Shown here in pieces: positions 37,006-45,648 of a stretch of 64,000 bases of DNA. The notes below the pieces were generated by a model, which was not told where the DNA came from, did not search any database, and saw only the letters and a list, made by a program, of their open reading frames with translations. Location of the stretch: IMG/VR virus record IMGVR_UViG_3300032288_001980, positions 96,001-160,000 of that record. One strand, 5' to 3'. Position 1 is the first letter of the stretch; each line of letters opens with the position of its first letter. A program made the position numbers and the translations under genes. Source of the DNA: a virus.

Positions 37006-40000
37006 TTAAACCTTAACTTGTTTTAAATTAACATCAGTTAGTTGCGTAATAATATCAATGTCATCGATTGTTGAACTACTTATAAACAACTCATTTGCCC
37101 CACTGCTGACTTGGAATAAGTCTCCAAAAGTATTACTAGTGCCTTGTGGAACTAAAACCACAGAGCTAATGGAACCAGCTAACTTAGTGTGTATGTAGGC
37201 AGCAAGTTCTGTAAAGTAAAAAGTTTCGCCAAATGTCCAGTTGACTATGGCAAAAAATTCATCTATTGCAGCCAGCACTTTACTTTTAATTTCGTTGTCT
37301 GTCATTGCTGTACCTGGCATTTTAATTACTTTAAATCTACCCGATAGTTCTTTATCTGCATACTTGCCAAACAATAATTTGTATTTGGCAGGCCTGTATA
37401 CAATAGTATCACTGGAAGTTTTTACATCTTCTAGTGTAGCAAAATTTTTGTACAATTCTTGTGGTGTTGGCGGCTGTGGCATATCTTGTACTCTGCCATT
37501 GTTCTTTAACCAACGTCTAAAGCTCATGTCGTAGTCACTGGTTAGTACAAATAAATCAATGATATTAATTGTACTAGGATCAATACGCTGATTGCTTTCG
37601 GCAACGTGATGCCACTGCATATACAAACCTTTGCGGCCTATTACAGTTTTAGTTGTTGCAGTATCATCGTATTCTGTATCGTAGGCCTGTTGGAAGGTTA
37701 TTCCGTTAACAGTAGTAAAATCTAACTTGATTTGATTTGATCCTACTAGCGTTTCAAATACATATGGATCGTCTGGTAAAAAGTCGCTGTTATCGTCAGA
37801 TACGCTGACAACCAACTTAGTATTGTCTGTAAAACTATCAGCACCGATAAAATACTTGTCACTCTTAAATTCAGATTTTTTACCTAACATGCCGTTGCCT
37901 AACGCATTGGTATTGGTTGGCAAGAAATAAATGCTGTCACGTTCAATTTTCGTAGTTTCGGCATTTAGAGATTTCTTAAAGTTTTCGTTAAAGAAACGTA
38001 CTTTGTTTTCACTGCCAACAATATACCTTAGGCCTTTGTTTACAATAACATACTGTCCATTTTCGTAAGTAACTTTTATTAACCAACTGTTGTCTTTGTT
38101 AAGCTCGCTGACATCTCCTGCAAACTCGTCGCTGTAAAACTCACTGGTTCCTAAATTGTTTTGTGTAACAATTTTATAAGTTTGTGTTAGATAATCGTAA
38201 CGAATACCAAATGTATTTTTGGCTGCTAGCAATTCAAATATTAAATTGTACTCAGTTGTGCCAAAAACCTGTTTGAATCTAGGAACAATGCGGCTAATAG
38301 TACTGTTAGATTTAATATTTTTAGACAACGCAATAGTTCCTGTGCCGTCTAACTTTTTACCAGTATCAGCGCCAGTTAAGTTTTGTTCTCCAAGACCATT
38401 GCCATATATTCCTGTTACTGCGGCCCATGTTTTAGTTCCGTTGGTGTCAAATTCAACTAACGATCCTTGCTGTATAAGTCTCATTAATCCTGTTGTTGCT
38501 GACCCCACTTTGATAACTTCGGCTGTTGTTCCGCTTTGTGGAATTCCTGTAAAGTAGCCGGTGCTGGCACCACTGTTAATTGTAGCTCTATTCCATGTAA
38601 CATTAGTTGGCTGTCCTGTTATCTCGCTGTATGTTACTGCTGGGTATATGCTGTAAAACATGTTAACTAGCTCGGGGCTAGAAAATAAACCGGAAATATT
38701 TTCTCCAATTAAATTACGTAAGAAATAGTTATTGCTAACAGTATAGTAATTAGTTGTGTAAAATTCATCTTTGTAAATGTAGCCGTCATCACTGAAAATA
38801 TCTAAACTTTGATTTGTTCCAGTTGGATCAGTAATGTTAGTGTATCGACTGAATCCGCTGTGAATTCTATTAACTGCTCTAATCTTAAGAATATTAGAAC
38901 TTTGAGTTAACGGATACACACTATAGTCCTGACCTGTTACCATGCGGTCTTGACTGTAATAAGCATTAGGTGCGTTAGCACGTACACTTTCTATAGTTTC
39001 AGAAGGTGTACTGTTGTTTACTGTATATTCTAAGTCAGCAGTTAATGTTAGGAATTGTTTCTTTCCTACTCGGTCAAAGTATGCTATTTCCCAAGTGATG
39101 TTTTTCATATCGTCTGGGCGAATAGTATATGTTAGTCCATTGCTGGTACGAGTCCATATTCTAATAATTCCACGTGGAACATCACTAAAATAGCCGTCAC
39201 CAAACTTAACGCTGATTTTATCACTGTCGCGTGTGATTACGCTACAAATTTTTCTTTGACCCAAACTATAGCTGTTATAAATTACGTTGTTACCTACCAA
39301 GTTAGGAACGTTTTTCCAGGTGTTGACTATGCTACCATCTTCATTAATAGTTTGAATGTAAACATCTTGCTCGTTAATATTTTCAATATCTACGTCTAAT
39401 ACACGATTTTCAATATAGTCATTTAACTGAAAGTCATTTTTGTTTAATTGACCCTGCTTAAATGTTACGAAGAATCCTGTGTTTGCACTGGTGTTTCCTG
39501 TACCATCATTTCTATAAAGCAAATTAAATGCCGCATATGGATCTGGAATAGCTTCTTCGTAATAGCCTAGGTCAGCAAAGTCGCTGTTACAAATTTCAAA
39601 ATTACTACTAATTCCAGCGACGCTGGCATTGTAGCTAACGGCCACTTGTTGATCCGGTACAGAATTTAAACTGTATAACTGACTAGTAACTCCGCCTACA
39701 GTTCCTGCTTTTACAGGGTTTCCAAATAAATGGTTGGCTATAAAGACGCTGTTCATTACTGTGATAAACTTTTCAAAACTATCAGGATCATTTACCCCAG
39801 CCCATTGAATTACTTTATTGGCCAAGTTATTTCCAGTATTGTCTAAGACATTTTCTGTAGTTTTGATAGATTTGATCTTTAATAAGCCTTGGGCGCCAAT
39901 ATTACGCTTTGGGTTATAACTTAAAAATCTAGCTAGTCGTAGTACGTTTTCTTTTCGTTCTGCTGTATCAATAAAGTTTTCTCGACTGTTTAAGTCGATA

Positions 40001-40233
40001 CGAAAACCTAAGTTTTGTCCTAAGAACGCAACTAAGTCAATAAGGGCAACAAATTCACTGGATTGAATCCAGTCATTGAAATCTTCAGGGTAGTTAGTGC
40101 GAATGTAATCAATCATTGCAGTACGCAATGTATCAAAGTCGTAGGCTTTAAAATCAGCGTTACGGAAACTTTGATATACACTTTGCCAGTTTTCTGCGGC
40201 AAATAAATTTTCTTGTCTAATAGTTTGAGTCAT
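37006..40233 (-). CDS. gp6: baseplate wedge subunit, T4 gp6-like
   Basis: DFDTLRTAMIDY, FIDTAER..VLRLA..LSYNP, ETIESVRANAP..QDRMVT..DY. Confidence 0.88.
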   Translation of the reverse strand: MTQTIRQENLFAAENWQSVYQSFRNADFKAYDFDTLRTAMIDYIRTNYPEDFNDWIQSSEFVALIDLVAFLGQNLGFRIDLNSRENFIDTAERKENVLRLARFLSYNPKRNIGAQGLLKIKSIKTTENVLDNTGNNLANKVIQWAGVNDPDSFEKFITVMNSVFIANHLFGNPVKAGTVGGVTSQLYSLNSVPDQQVAVSYNASVAGISSNFEICNSDFADLGYYEEAIPDPYAAFNLLYRNDGTGNTSANTGFFVTFKQGQLNKNDFQLNDYIENRVLDVDIENINEQDVYIQTINEDGSIVNTWKNVPNLVGNNVIYNSYSLGQRKICSVITRDSDKISVKFGDGYFSDVPRGIIRIWTRTSNGLTYTIRPDDMKNITWEIAYFDRVGKKQFLTLTADLEYTVNNSTPSETIESVRANAPNAYYSQDRMVTGQDYSVYPLTQSSNILKIRAVNRIHSGFSRYTNITDPTGTNQSLDIFSDDGYIYKDEFYTTNYYTVSNNYFLRNLIGENISGLFSSPELVNMFYSIYPAVTYSEITGQPTNVTWNRATINSGASTGYFTGIPQSGTTAEVIKVGSATTGLMRLIQQGSLVEFDTNGTKTWAAVTGIYGNGLGEQNLTGADTGKKLDGTGTIALSKNIKSNSTISRIVPRFKQVFGTTEYNLIFELLAAKNTFGIRYDYLTQTYKIVTQNNLGTSEFYSDEFAGDVSELNKDNSWLIKVTYENGQYVIVNKGLRYIVGSENKVRFFNENFKKSLNAETTKIERDSIYFLPTNTNALGNGMLGKKSEFKSDKYFIGADSFTDNTKLVVSVSDDNSDFLPDDPYVFETLVGSNQIKLDFTTVNGITFQQAYDTEYDDTATTKTVIGRKGLYMQWHHVAESNQRIDPSTINIIDLFVLTSDYDMSFRRWLKNNGRVQDMPQPPTPQELYKNFATLEDVKTSSDTIVYRPAKYKLLFGKYADKELSGRFKVIKMPGTAMTDNEIKSKVLAAIDEFFAIVNWTFGETFYFTELAAYIHTKLAGSISSVVLVPQGTSNTFGDLFQVSSGANELFISSSTIDDIDIITQLTDVNLKQVKV

Positions 40234-40242
40234 CGCTTAACC

Positions 40243-40608
40243 TTATTTTATATCCGAATTAGCATCAAAATTTACTTGTAAATCTGTTACTAAGTCATCT
40301 GGCAAATAATTCAATCTTATCATTACTACAAATCCGTTATCAACTTGAATGATTTCTGCGCCCATGTATTGAAATCTAATGTCTTGCGTTACTATTGCTT
40401 CGCATTCACGTTTAATAAAAGTTTGTAACTCGGGAGTTAAAGGATCAAAAATATAGTCCCAAACTGCTGTGCCAAATGTTGGCGCCATTACACGCTCGCC
40501 TTTACGAGTGTAAAAATGATTCAATAGATCCTGCTTGGCCAAATCAATATTGTAGGCCTTGAGTGATGGTGTTCGAGTTGTAAAACCTTTATATCTTAAT
40601 GTTGCCAT
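40243..40608 (-). CDS. gp25: baseplate wedge protein, gp25/GPW family
   Basis: DLLNHFYTRKGERVMAPTFG...IFDP...DIRF; start placed at MATL (40608). Confidence 0.9.
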   Translation of the reverse strand: MATLRYKGFTTRTPSLKAYNIDLAKQDLLNHFYTRKGERVMAPTFGTAVWDYIFDPLTPELQTFIKRECEAIVTQDIRFQYMGAEIIQVDNGFVVMIRLNYLPDDLVTDLQVNFDANSDIK

Positions 40609-40613
40609 ACTAA

Positions 40614-40619
40614 TATTTA
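40614..40619 (-). promoter_or_regulatory. late promoter TAAATA 5 nt before the gp25 ATG
   Basis: GGTAAATA-TTAGT-ATG, no Shine-Dalgarno. Confidence 0.6.
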
Positions 40620-40640
40620 CCAATAAAATAAACTACATAC

Positions 40641-40877
40641 TTAATGCAACGTAGGTTTAAGCTCATTTATTTTCATCTTTTCAATTAGCTCTGTAATGTT
40701 TTCGTCATTGAGCATTTGATTATTAATCAGCTTAATAACTTCTTTAAAGAACTCAACGTTTTTGGGCAGTTCGCTGATATAGTTTAAATTAGGATATATG
40801 AAGTCCAACTGGCCATTTTCTTTAATAATAATGGCGCAGTCCTGTGGGTCACATTGATATCCTTTATAGGTTGACAT
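40641..40877 (-). CDS. small hypothetical protein
   Basis: ORF between gp25 and the divergent intergenic region. Confidence 0.6.
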   Translation of the reverse strand: MSTYKGYQCDPQDCAIIIKENGQLDFIYPNLNYISELPKNVEFFKEVIKLINNQMLNDENITELIEKMKINELKPTLH

Positions 40878-40899
40878 GAAATATAATTTAATATAAAAT
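40871..40899 (+). promoter_or_regulatory. sigma70-type promoter
   Basis: TTGACA 40871-40876, 17 bp, TAAAAT 40894-40899, upstream of GGAG RBS and ATG 40932. Confidence 0.65.
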
Positions 40900-40931
40900 A
40901 CTATTTATTTGGTTATTTTCTGGAGATTTTT

Positions 40932-41327
40932 ATGACTATGCATTTGGCTCACCCTAGTTTAACTATGTCTGGCAAACGCAAGGGCAAGAAAAAATTTCGT
41001 AATGCCGAAGAAGCTCGTAAAGCTCGCGCATTGGACGAGTCTTGGCAAGAATTGCAAAAGAAGTGGGGCATCGAAGCAGAAGAAAAGAAACGCAAGCGAG
41101 CGATGACAGCGCCATTGCTGACTACTGTTAAACCGTTTATTCGTGACACTGGTCCTCGTATTCCTAGCCTTAACGGCGGGCTTGATTCCGCTCCTGCCAC
41201 TTTAGCACCTAGTAAAGTGTATACCGGCACCAAAGTCAAAGGTATTGCTACTATGCACAAGTCAAATGCTGTACCAGTATTCAGCGACGAAGAAGCGGTT
41301 GAAATCAGCCGTATGCGTAGGGGTTAA
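40932..41327 (+). CDS. basic hypothetical protein (GIATMHKSNAVPVF motif)
   Basis: GGAG RBS, ORF with its own promoter. Confidence 0.8.
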   Translation: MTMHLAHPSLTMSGKRKGKKKFRNAEEARKARALDESWQELQKKWGIEAEEKKRKRAMTAPLLTTVKPFIRDTGPRIPSLNGGLDSAPATLAPSKVYTGTKVKGIATMHKSNAVPVFSDEEAVEISRMRRG

Positions 41328-42007
41328 TCTTTACAACTTGTAAAGACGCTGAGTCCTATCTTACGGCGTGCGCCTGCTTGCAAAAAGTTTGTAGATACAT
41401 GTAAGCATCTGCGATCAAAAACTATTACGTTTCCTGGTCGCCATTCAAATCGTTGCTGTACACTGAGTCCTTCAAAGTTATTGCGGGGCAAATGACTACA
41501 TTCTTCTACTAATTGCTCGTCGAATCCATGGGTAAGTTCAGCAACGTCTGAGTAATCTGTGATAACTTTGTTATATTCTTCTTTGACATCTGTGCTACCT
41601 TTAACAAAAAACGCCGCTGGTCCATACCATCGTTGATTAAGTACGTATAGGGCATTCTTTGCGGGATTGTACTCTGTGCCGGCAAATACCTTTAAGGGAA
41701 ACACAAATGTTTTCCACGGATTAGGGTCAGGTAGACCTGTGTCTGTATGTACTCTATATGGTACTTTGGTATCAAAAAAGTTTGCGTTATCTATTTTCCA
41801 AGTTCCTTGACCCAATTCATTGTTAATAATTGGAGTGATTATTTCTACAACTTTGGGTGTTATGTCGGAAAAATATCTACCTGTAAACTGAACATAGTTA
41901 CTAGCATCGTACTGCTGTTGTTCTTGTTTAAAACCAGTATTGTGATGCTCCATTAATAATTCTGTTCTAGTATATAAATCTAAAACATTTTCTAATACAT
42001 AAGCCAT
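41324..42007 (-). CDS. Fe(II)/2OG dioxygenase-like protein
   Basis: VHTD (HxD), WRPGNVIVFDRRCLHVS distal His; TAATG-coupled start at 42007. Confidence 0.7.
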   Translation of the reverse strand: MAYVLENVLDLYTRTELLMEHHNTGFKQEQQQYDASNYVQFTGRYFSDITPKVVEIITPIINNELGQGTWKIDNANFFDTKVPYRVHTDTGLPDPNPWKTFVFPLKVFAGTEYNPAKNALYVLNQRWYGPAAFFVKGSTDVKEEYNKVITDYSDVAELTHGFDEQLVEECSHLPRNNFEGLSVQQRFEWRPGNVIVFDRRCLHVSTNFLQAGARRKIGLSVFTSCKD

Positions 42008-42642
42008 TACTGTATGCCTGGATCTTTTTTGTTTAATTGTGCAAATGCCCACTGTCGTTCTGCACATTGGAAACACTGACCGCATCTGCCTACTTGTTGT
42101 TCTGTGCAACTATGGCTAAGTTCTAATAACTGCTCTTGCCCAAATTGATAATACAAATCTAACGTATGTCTTTTATCGAGATCTACAAAAGGAATCTGAG
42201 CTCTTTTATATTTGTTATGTACAGGACGTTCTGGATACAGTCCTGGCATCGGCCATTGTACTGGCGGTGTTTGTTGACTTCCATAAAATATATAATCTGC
42301 TATGCCATTTAACACTTCGATTGTGCCAGTTTCAACTTGTTTGCTATGATGAACAGTTGGATCACCTACCGGAATGGGTGCAGGTAAGTTTAGTCCTAGT
42401 ACTCTGTTAACATACTTAACTATATCTGGACTGTATCTATAAGCACCATCAGTTCTGGGAACTGTAAAAGGAATCAGTTCTTTTGGTTGACTGCGCTCTT
42501 TGTTTAGTTTTGCAACTAGATATAACAGTATGGCGCTGTCCATGCCGCCACTAACAGTAACGGCTATTTTAGTTGGCCATTCTGGAATATAAATGTTAAA
42601 TGTCCTGCGATCATTGGCAGGTCCGCATGTAATAAGCATCAA
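42007..42642 (-). CDS. QueC-like PP-loop protein
   Basis: VSGGMDSA; C-terminal SHSC...RCGQCFQCAER Zn motif as in QueC. Confidence 0.75.
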   Translation of the reverse strand: MMLITCGPANDRRTFNIYIPEWPTKIAVTVSGGMDSAILLYLVAKLNKERSQPKELIPFTVPRTDGAYRYSPDIVKYVNRVLGLNLPAPIPVGDPTVHHSKQVETGTIEVLNGIADYIFYGSQQTPPVQWPMPGLYPERPVHNKYKRAQIPFVDLDKRHTLDLYYQFGQEQLLELSHSCTEQQVGRCGQCFQCAERQWAFAQLNKKDPGIQ

Positions 42643-43343
42643 TGTCTGTGTTGCAGATGTGCAATAACCTTATTGACATTAGCAACTGTAAAAGGAATAT
42701 TCATAATTAAGTGGATACTGTCGTCTGTCCAACTAATTGTTCTGTGTGTCTTTTTTGTATTTACATAGTAGACACGGCCCTGTTCTATGTTAATTTTTTT
42801 ATCGTCCATCCACCAATCATATTGTAGTGGGGCAACGTTTTTAACAAAACATGCCAATCTAAATTCTCTACGAGGAAAGCCCGGGCTATCTCTGTGCGGA
42901 ACAAAATATCCGCCGGTATTACACTTAACAAAAAAGCTACGGCCAACAGGTGCAAATTCTTGAAATAAAGGATGCAGACTGGCGCAAGCATCGTAAAGTG
43001 CTGTAGGTTTAGTAAATGCGCTATCACCTACTGGACGACCTAATGCTTGCGCGGCTTCGGGCAAGCTCGGTAAACTACGATGGTCCCAGCCTTCAATGTC
43101 TAACGTAGTTAAACTAAGACCTTTGCGATTGTTTGGTCTGTCTGTTCTGGGCAAATAGTCGACCCAGTCGTTGGAAAACACCGCCAACTCTTGTTCAAGT
43201 TGGGCGGTGTCGATCATATAATCCAATGGCTCGAAGTCTCCGATACCCAGCAATGCAGTTTCTGCAACTAGTTTGTCGTAGTTACTGATTGCTGGGTCTA
43301 CTGTACTCCTACTGTGACTTATGCCTTTACCATCTACTGTCAT
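42639..43343 (-). CDS. AspH-like Fe(II)/2OG dioxygenase
   Basis: GRSFFV, FVPHRD, GRVYYVNTKKTH, SIHLIMN. Confidence 0.75.
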   Translation of the reverse strand: MTVDGKGISHSRSTVDPAISNYDKLVAETALLGIGDFEPLDYMIDTAQLEQELAVFSNDWVDYLPRTDRPNNRKGLSLTTLDIEGWDHRSLPSLPEAAQALGRPVGDSAFTKPTALYDACASLHPLFQEFAPVGRSFFVKCNTGGYFVPHRDSPGFPRREFRLACFVKNVAPLQYDWWMDDKKINIEQGRVYYVNTKKTHRTISWTDDSIHLIMNIPFTVANVNKVIAHLQHRH

Positions 43344-43879
43344 GCGGCCTTTACTAATTCTTCAGGCCAATGTATGTATTCTTTCCATGCATTGTCCCTA
43401 ATGTAAATTGTTTGTTTACGAGCAAGTTTAGCCATTTCCCAGTATGTAGGTGCTCTTGGTTGTACCAATGGCTCCATTGGGTCCGTACCTTTAACAAAGT
43501 TACAAGTACGGCATGCTGTTACAATATTGTCCCAGTTAGTTTCGCCACCTTGGCTACGAGGCACCACGTGGTCAAAGGTCAAGTTGTCCACATGAAACTG
43601 TTCGCCGCAGTACTGGCAACGGTATCCGTCTCGCATATAAACCATTTTACGGTTAAATGCTACACCAAAACTAGGATTAATATATCTTGTAGCCACAATG
43701 ATGCTAGGCACAGGAATAGTCAAATGTTGACTACGTACATGCCAATCATCATAGTTTTTAATTACTGTGGCCTTTTCCGAAAAAATTGCTTTTATAGCGG
43801 TTTGCCAGTCTACCGTGCTCAGTGGCACTAAGCATAGCGGCTGATAGTCTGCGTTCAGCACCAGTGTGTCATTGCTCAT
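43340..43879 (-). CDS. HNH endonuclease (McrA-like)
   Basis: RDGYRCQYCG, DHVVPRSQGG, NIVTACRTCNFVKG; start placed at MSNDTLVLN. Confidence 0.92.
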   Translation of the reverse strand: MSNDTLVLNADYQPLCLVPLSTVDWQTAIKAIFSEKATVIKNYDDWHVRSQHLTIPVPSIIVATRYINPSFGVAFNRKMVYMRDGYRCQYCGEQFHVDNLTFDHVVPRSQGGETNWDNIVTACRTCNFVKGTDPMEPLVQPRAPTYWEMAKLARKQTIYIRDNAWKEYIHWPEELVKAA

Positions 43880-43884
43880 AATAA

Positions 43885-43890
43885 TATTTA
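43885..43890 (-). promoter_or_regulatory. late promoter TAAATA 5 nt before the HNH ATG
   Basis: CTTAAATA-TTATT-ATG, no Shine-Dalgarno; an extended -10 TGTTATACT also lies at 43918-43910. Confidence 0.55.
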
Positions 43891-43944
43891 AGCTAAAGGT
43901 CAAAACGCTAGTATAACATAAAAAAGATTTTCTGCAATTACTGG

Positions 43945-43987
43945 AAATACCAAAGTAAATTTACAGCAAATACCAAAGTAAATTTAC
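43945..43987. repeat. two 20-bp direct repeats, each containing the palindrome GTAAATTTAC (putative operator pair)
   Basis: AAATACCAAAGTAAATTTAC at 43945-43964 and 43968-43987, between divergent promoters. Confidence 0.85.
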
Positions 43988-43989
43988 GG

Positions 43990-44018
43990 TTGACAATTAA
44001 TCCAATTAATTATACAAT
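43990..44018 (+). promoter_or_regulatory. sigma70 early promoter of the repeated family (partial copy)
   Basis: TTGACA 43990-43995, spacer ATTAATCCAATTAATTA, TACAAT 44013-44018. Confidence 0.85.
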
Positions 44019-44047
44019 CAATTTATCGTTAACCTTCGGGGCTTGAC

Positions 44048-44338
44048 ATGGATTTTAATATTAACAATTTTGAATTCCTTGGTTGGAATAACAGCACAGG
44101 ACACGACAAAATATGGGGGCTGGTACAGACCAGTCAAGGCGTTTTTAGTTTTTGGGGACGGCGTGGCAAAAGTCTGTCCTTCAAACAACATTTTAGCATT
44201 TGGGACGCAAGGGCCACAGCCGACAAAAAGGAGCGTGCCGGTTATACTAAATGTAGTACTGAAGTGTTACCCGCAGATTTTGAGGGGCAATTAATGATGG
44301 CCTGCTTGGGCCGTGTAAAATTTGGGCTTGACAATTAA
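44048..44338 (+). CDS. WGR-domain-like small protein
   Basis: HDKIWG, FWGRRG, KKERAGY pattern. Confidence 0.6.
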   Translation: MDFNINNFEFLGWNNSTGHDKIWGLVQTSQGVFSFWGRRGKSLSFKQHFSIWDARATADKKERAGYTKCSTEVLPADFEGQLMMACLGRVKFGLDN

Positions 44339-44370
44339 TCCAATTTAATATATAATATTGGTATAGTAAC
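44328..44370 (+). promoter_or_regulatory. sigma70 early promoter, repeated cassette copy
   Basis: TTGACA 44328-44333, 17 bp, TATAAT 44351-44356, shared tail. Confidence 0.9.
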
Positions 44371-44384
44371 AAAACGGGTACAAA

Positions 44385-44618
44385 ATGCTTACAGCAGACA
44401 CTCTTAAAACTCTTATGGAGTTTGGTCCCCAGGGCCTTACTGTACTGATCCGCAGGGCAGGTTACAAAGAAGACAGTTTTGTCAAGTCCAAGTTTCTGGG
44501 CATGACTAACGGCGGGCAGTTTTGCTATCAATGCACTTACAAGGGCGATTTTGAAGATACTTGTAAAGTATTCCTGACATATAACCATGACACTGGCAAG
44601 GTTTCTGCCGAATACTAA
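44385..44618 (+). CDS. small hypothetical early protein
   Basis: ORF directly behind a cassette promoter. Confidence 0.75.
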   Translation: MLTADTLKTLMEFGPQGLTVLIRRAGYKEDSFVKSKFLGMTNGGQFCYQCTYKGDFEDTCKVFLTYNHDTGKVSAEY

Positions 44619-44622
44619 TTGG

Positions 44623-44665
44623 TTGACAATAAATCCAATTTATTATATAATATTGATATTGTAAC
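44623..44665 (+). promoter_or_regulatory. sigma70 early promoter, repeated cassette copy
   Basis: TTGACA 44623-44628, 17 bp, TATAAT 44646-44651, shared tail, AAGGAG RBS. Confidence 0.9.
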
Positions 44666-44681
44666 GCAAAAGGAGTCCTAG

Positions 44682-45107
44682 ATGGCCTACGTTTCCCAGG
44701 ATATGAAAGCAAAGTTGGCGCCTGCTATCAAAGCCCTACTGAAAAAGTATGGTATTAAAGGCACCCTGGCTGTGAATAACCACAGTACTCTTGTGCTTAA
44801 TATCAAGTCCGGCAAAATTGATTTCGTTGAAAACTTTATTCAAACAGATCTCGCCAAGCCCCATGCTGGCAAAATGTCTGCGGATCAAGTGGCTTATCTG
44901 CGTAAGCATCAGACTTTGGATGTTAACACTTATTGGGCGCACGACCATTATTCCGGTAAGGCCCGGGACTTTTTAGTTGCAGTAATTGACGCCATGAAGG
45001 GTCCTGAGTTTTTTGACCACACGGATGCCCAAACTGACTATTTTCATTGTAGTCACTACGTTAGTATTAATATTGGTAACTGGAAAAAGCCCTATATAGT
45101 GGCTTGA
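44682..45107 (+). CDS. hypothetical early protein
   Basis: RBS plus ORF; its TGA stop lies within the next TTGACA. Confidence 0.85.
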   Translation: MAYVSQDMKAKLAPAIKALLKKYGIKGTLAVNNHSTLVLNIKSGKIDFVENFIQTDLAKPHAGKMSADQVAYLRKHQTLDVNTYWAHDHYSGKARDFLVAVIDAMKGPEFFDHTDAQTDYFHCSHYVSINIGNWKKPYIVA

Positions 45108-45146
45108 CAATAAATCCAATTAATTGTATAATATTGATATTGTAAC
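45104..45146 (+). promoter_or_regulatory. sigma70 early promoter, repeated cassette copy
   Basis: TTGACA 45104-45109, 17 bp, TATAAT 45127-45132, shared tail, AAGGAG RBS. Confidence 0.9.
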
Positions 45147-45164
45147 GCACAAAGGAGTTCGAAA

Positions 45165-45485
45165 ATGGCTAAACTGCTGATTACTACCCAAGTTTACGAA
45201 AACTATGCTTGGAACGAAGACGGCTCCTTGGGCACTGGCGAGAACGCCTATTGGAAGGCCAAGGGCGGTTCGGACTATGTGGTTAAGAACTTTAAGGATT
45301 TTGGTCGTGTTACTGAAGTCGTGATGGCTCTGCGTTCGCAGATTGAATCCGACAATGATGCTTTCCGCGAGCATATTATCGACTGGGAAGTTGTGGCCGA
45401 CGACTACCTCACTGAGTTCGAGCGCGATCAGTTGGAGTACGAAGGCGTGATTCGTTTTGGTGCTAAAGAATTGGCTCTTGCTTAA
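45165..45485 (+). CDS. hypothetical early protein
   Basis: RBS plus ORF behind a cassette promoter. Confidence 0.85.
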   Translation: MAKLLITTQVYENYAWNEDGSLGTGENAYWKAKGGSDYVVKNFKDFGRVTEVVMALRSQIESDNDAFREHIIDWEVVADDYLTEFERDQLEYEGVIRFGAKELALA

Positions 45486-45495
45486 GGTAACCATC

Positions 45496-45648
45496 ATGGA
45501 CAATTTTGATACTGAAATTCAATGCGACGAGTGCATTCCTGCACTTTATGAAATGACTCCCGAAGAGTATGCGGAGTTTTGCAAAGAATACAACGAGTGG
45601 CTAGACAAACAAGAAGAAGGCTATGAGCCGGAGAAAGAATATGCGTAA
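45496..45648 (+). CDS. small acidic protein
   Basis: AAGGT RBS before ATG 45496; coupled to the ligase start. Confidence 0.6.
   Translation: MDNFDTEIQCDECIPALYEMTPEEYAEFCKEYNEWLDKQEEGYEPEKEYA

Noticed and set aside
42007-42642. Assigning the symbol queC and asserting 7-deazaguanine DNA modification
   Set aside because: The motifs fit the family, but no partner pathway genes are in the window
44617-44640. Inverted repeat AATTGG-N12-CCAATT around the -35 box as an operator
   Set aside because: The left half is present in only about 2 of 6 copies (also 51-56), so it is not a family feature
43990-45146. Repeated ~43-bp elements as a CRISPR array
   Set aside because: The repeats are consensus promoters separated by 290-480 bp of coding sequence, are not identical, and have no cas genes
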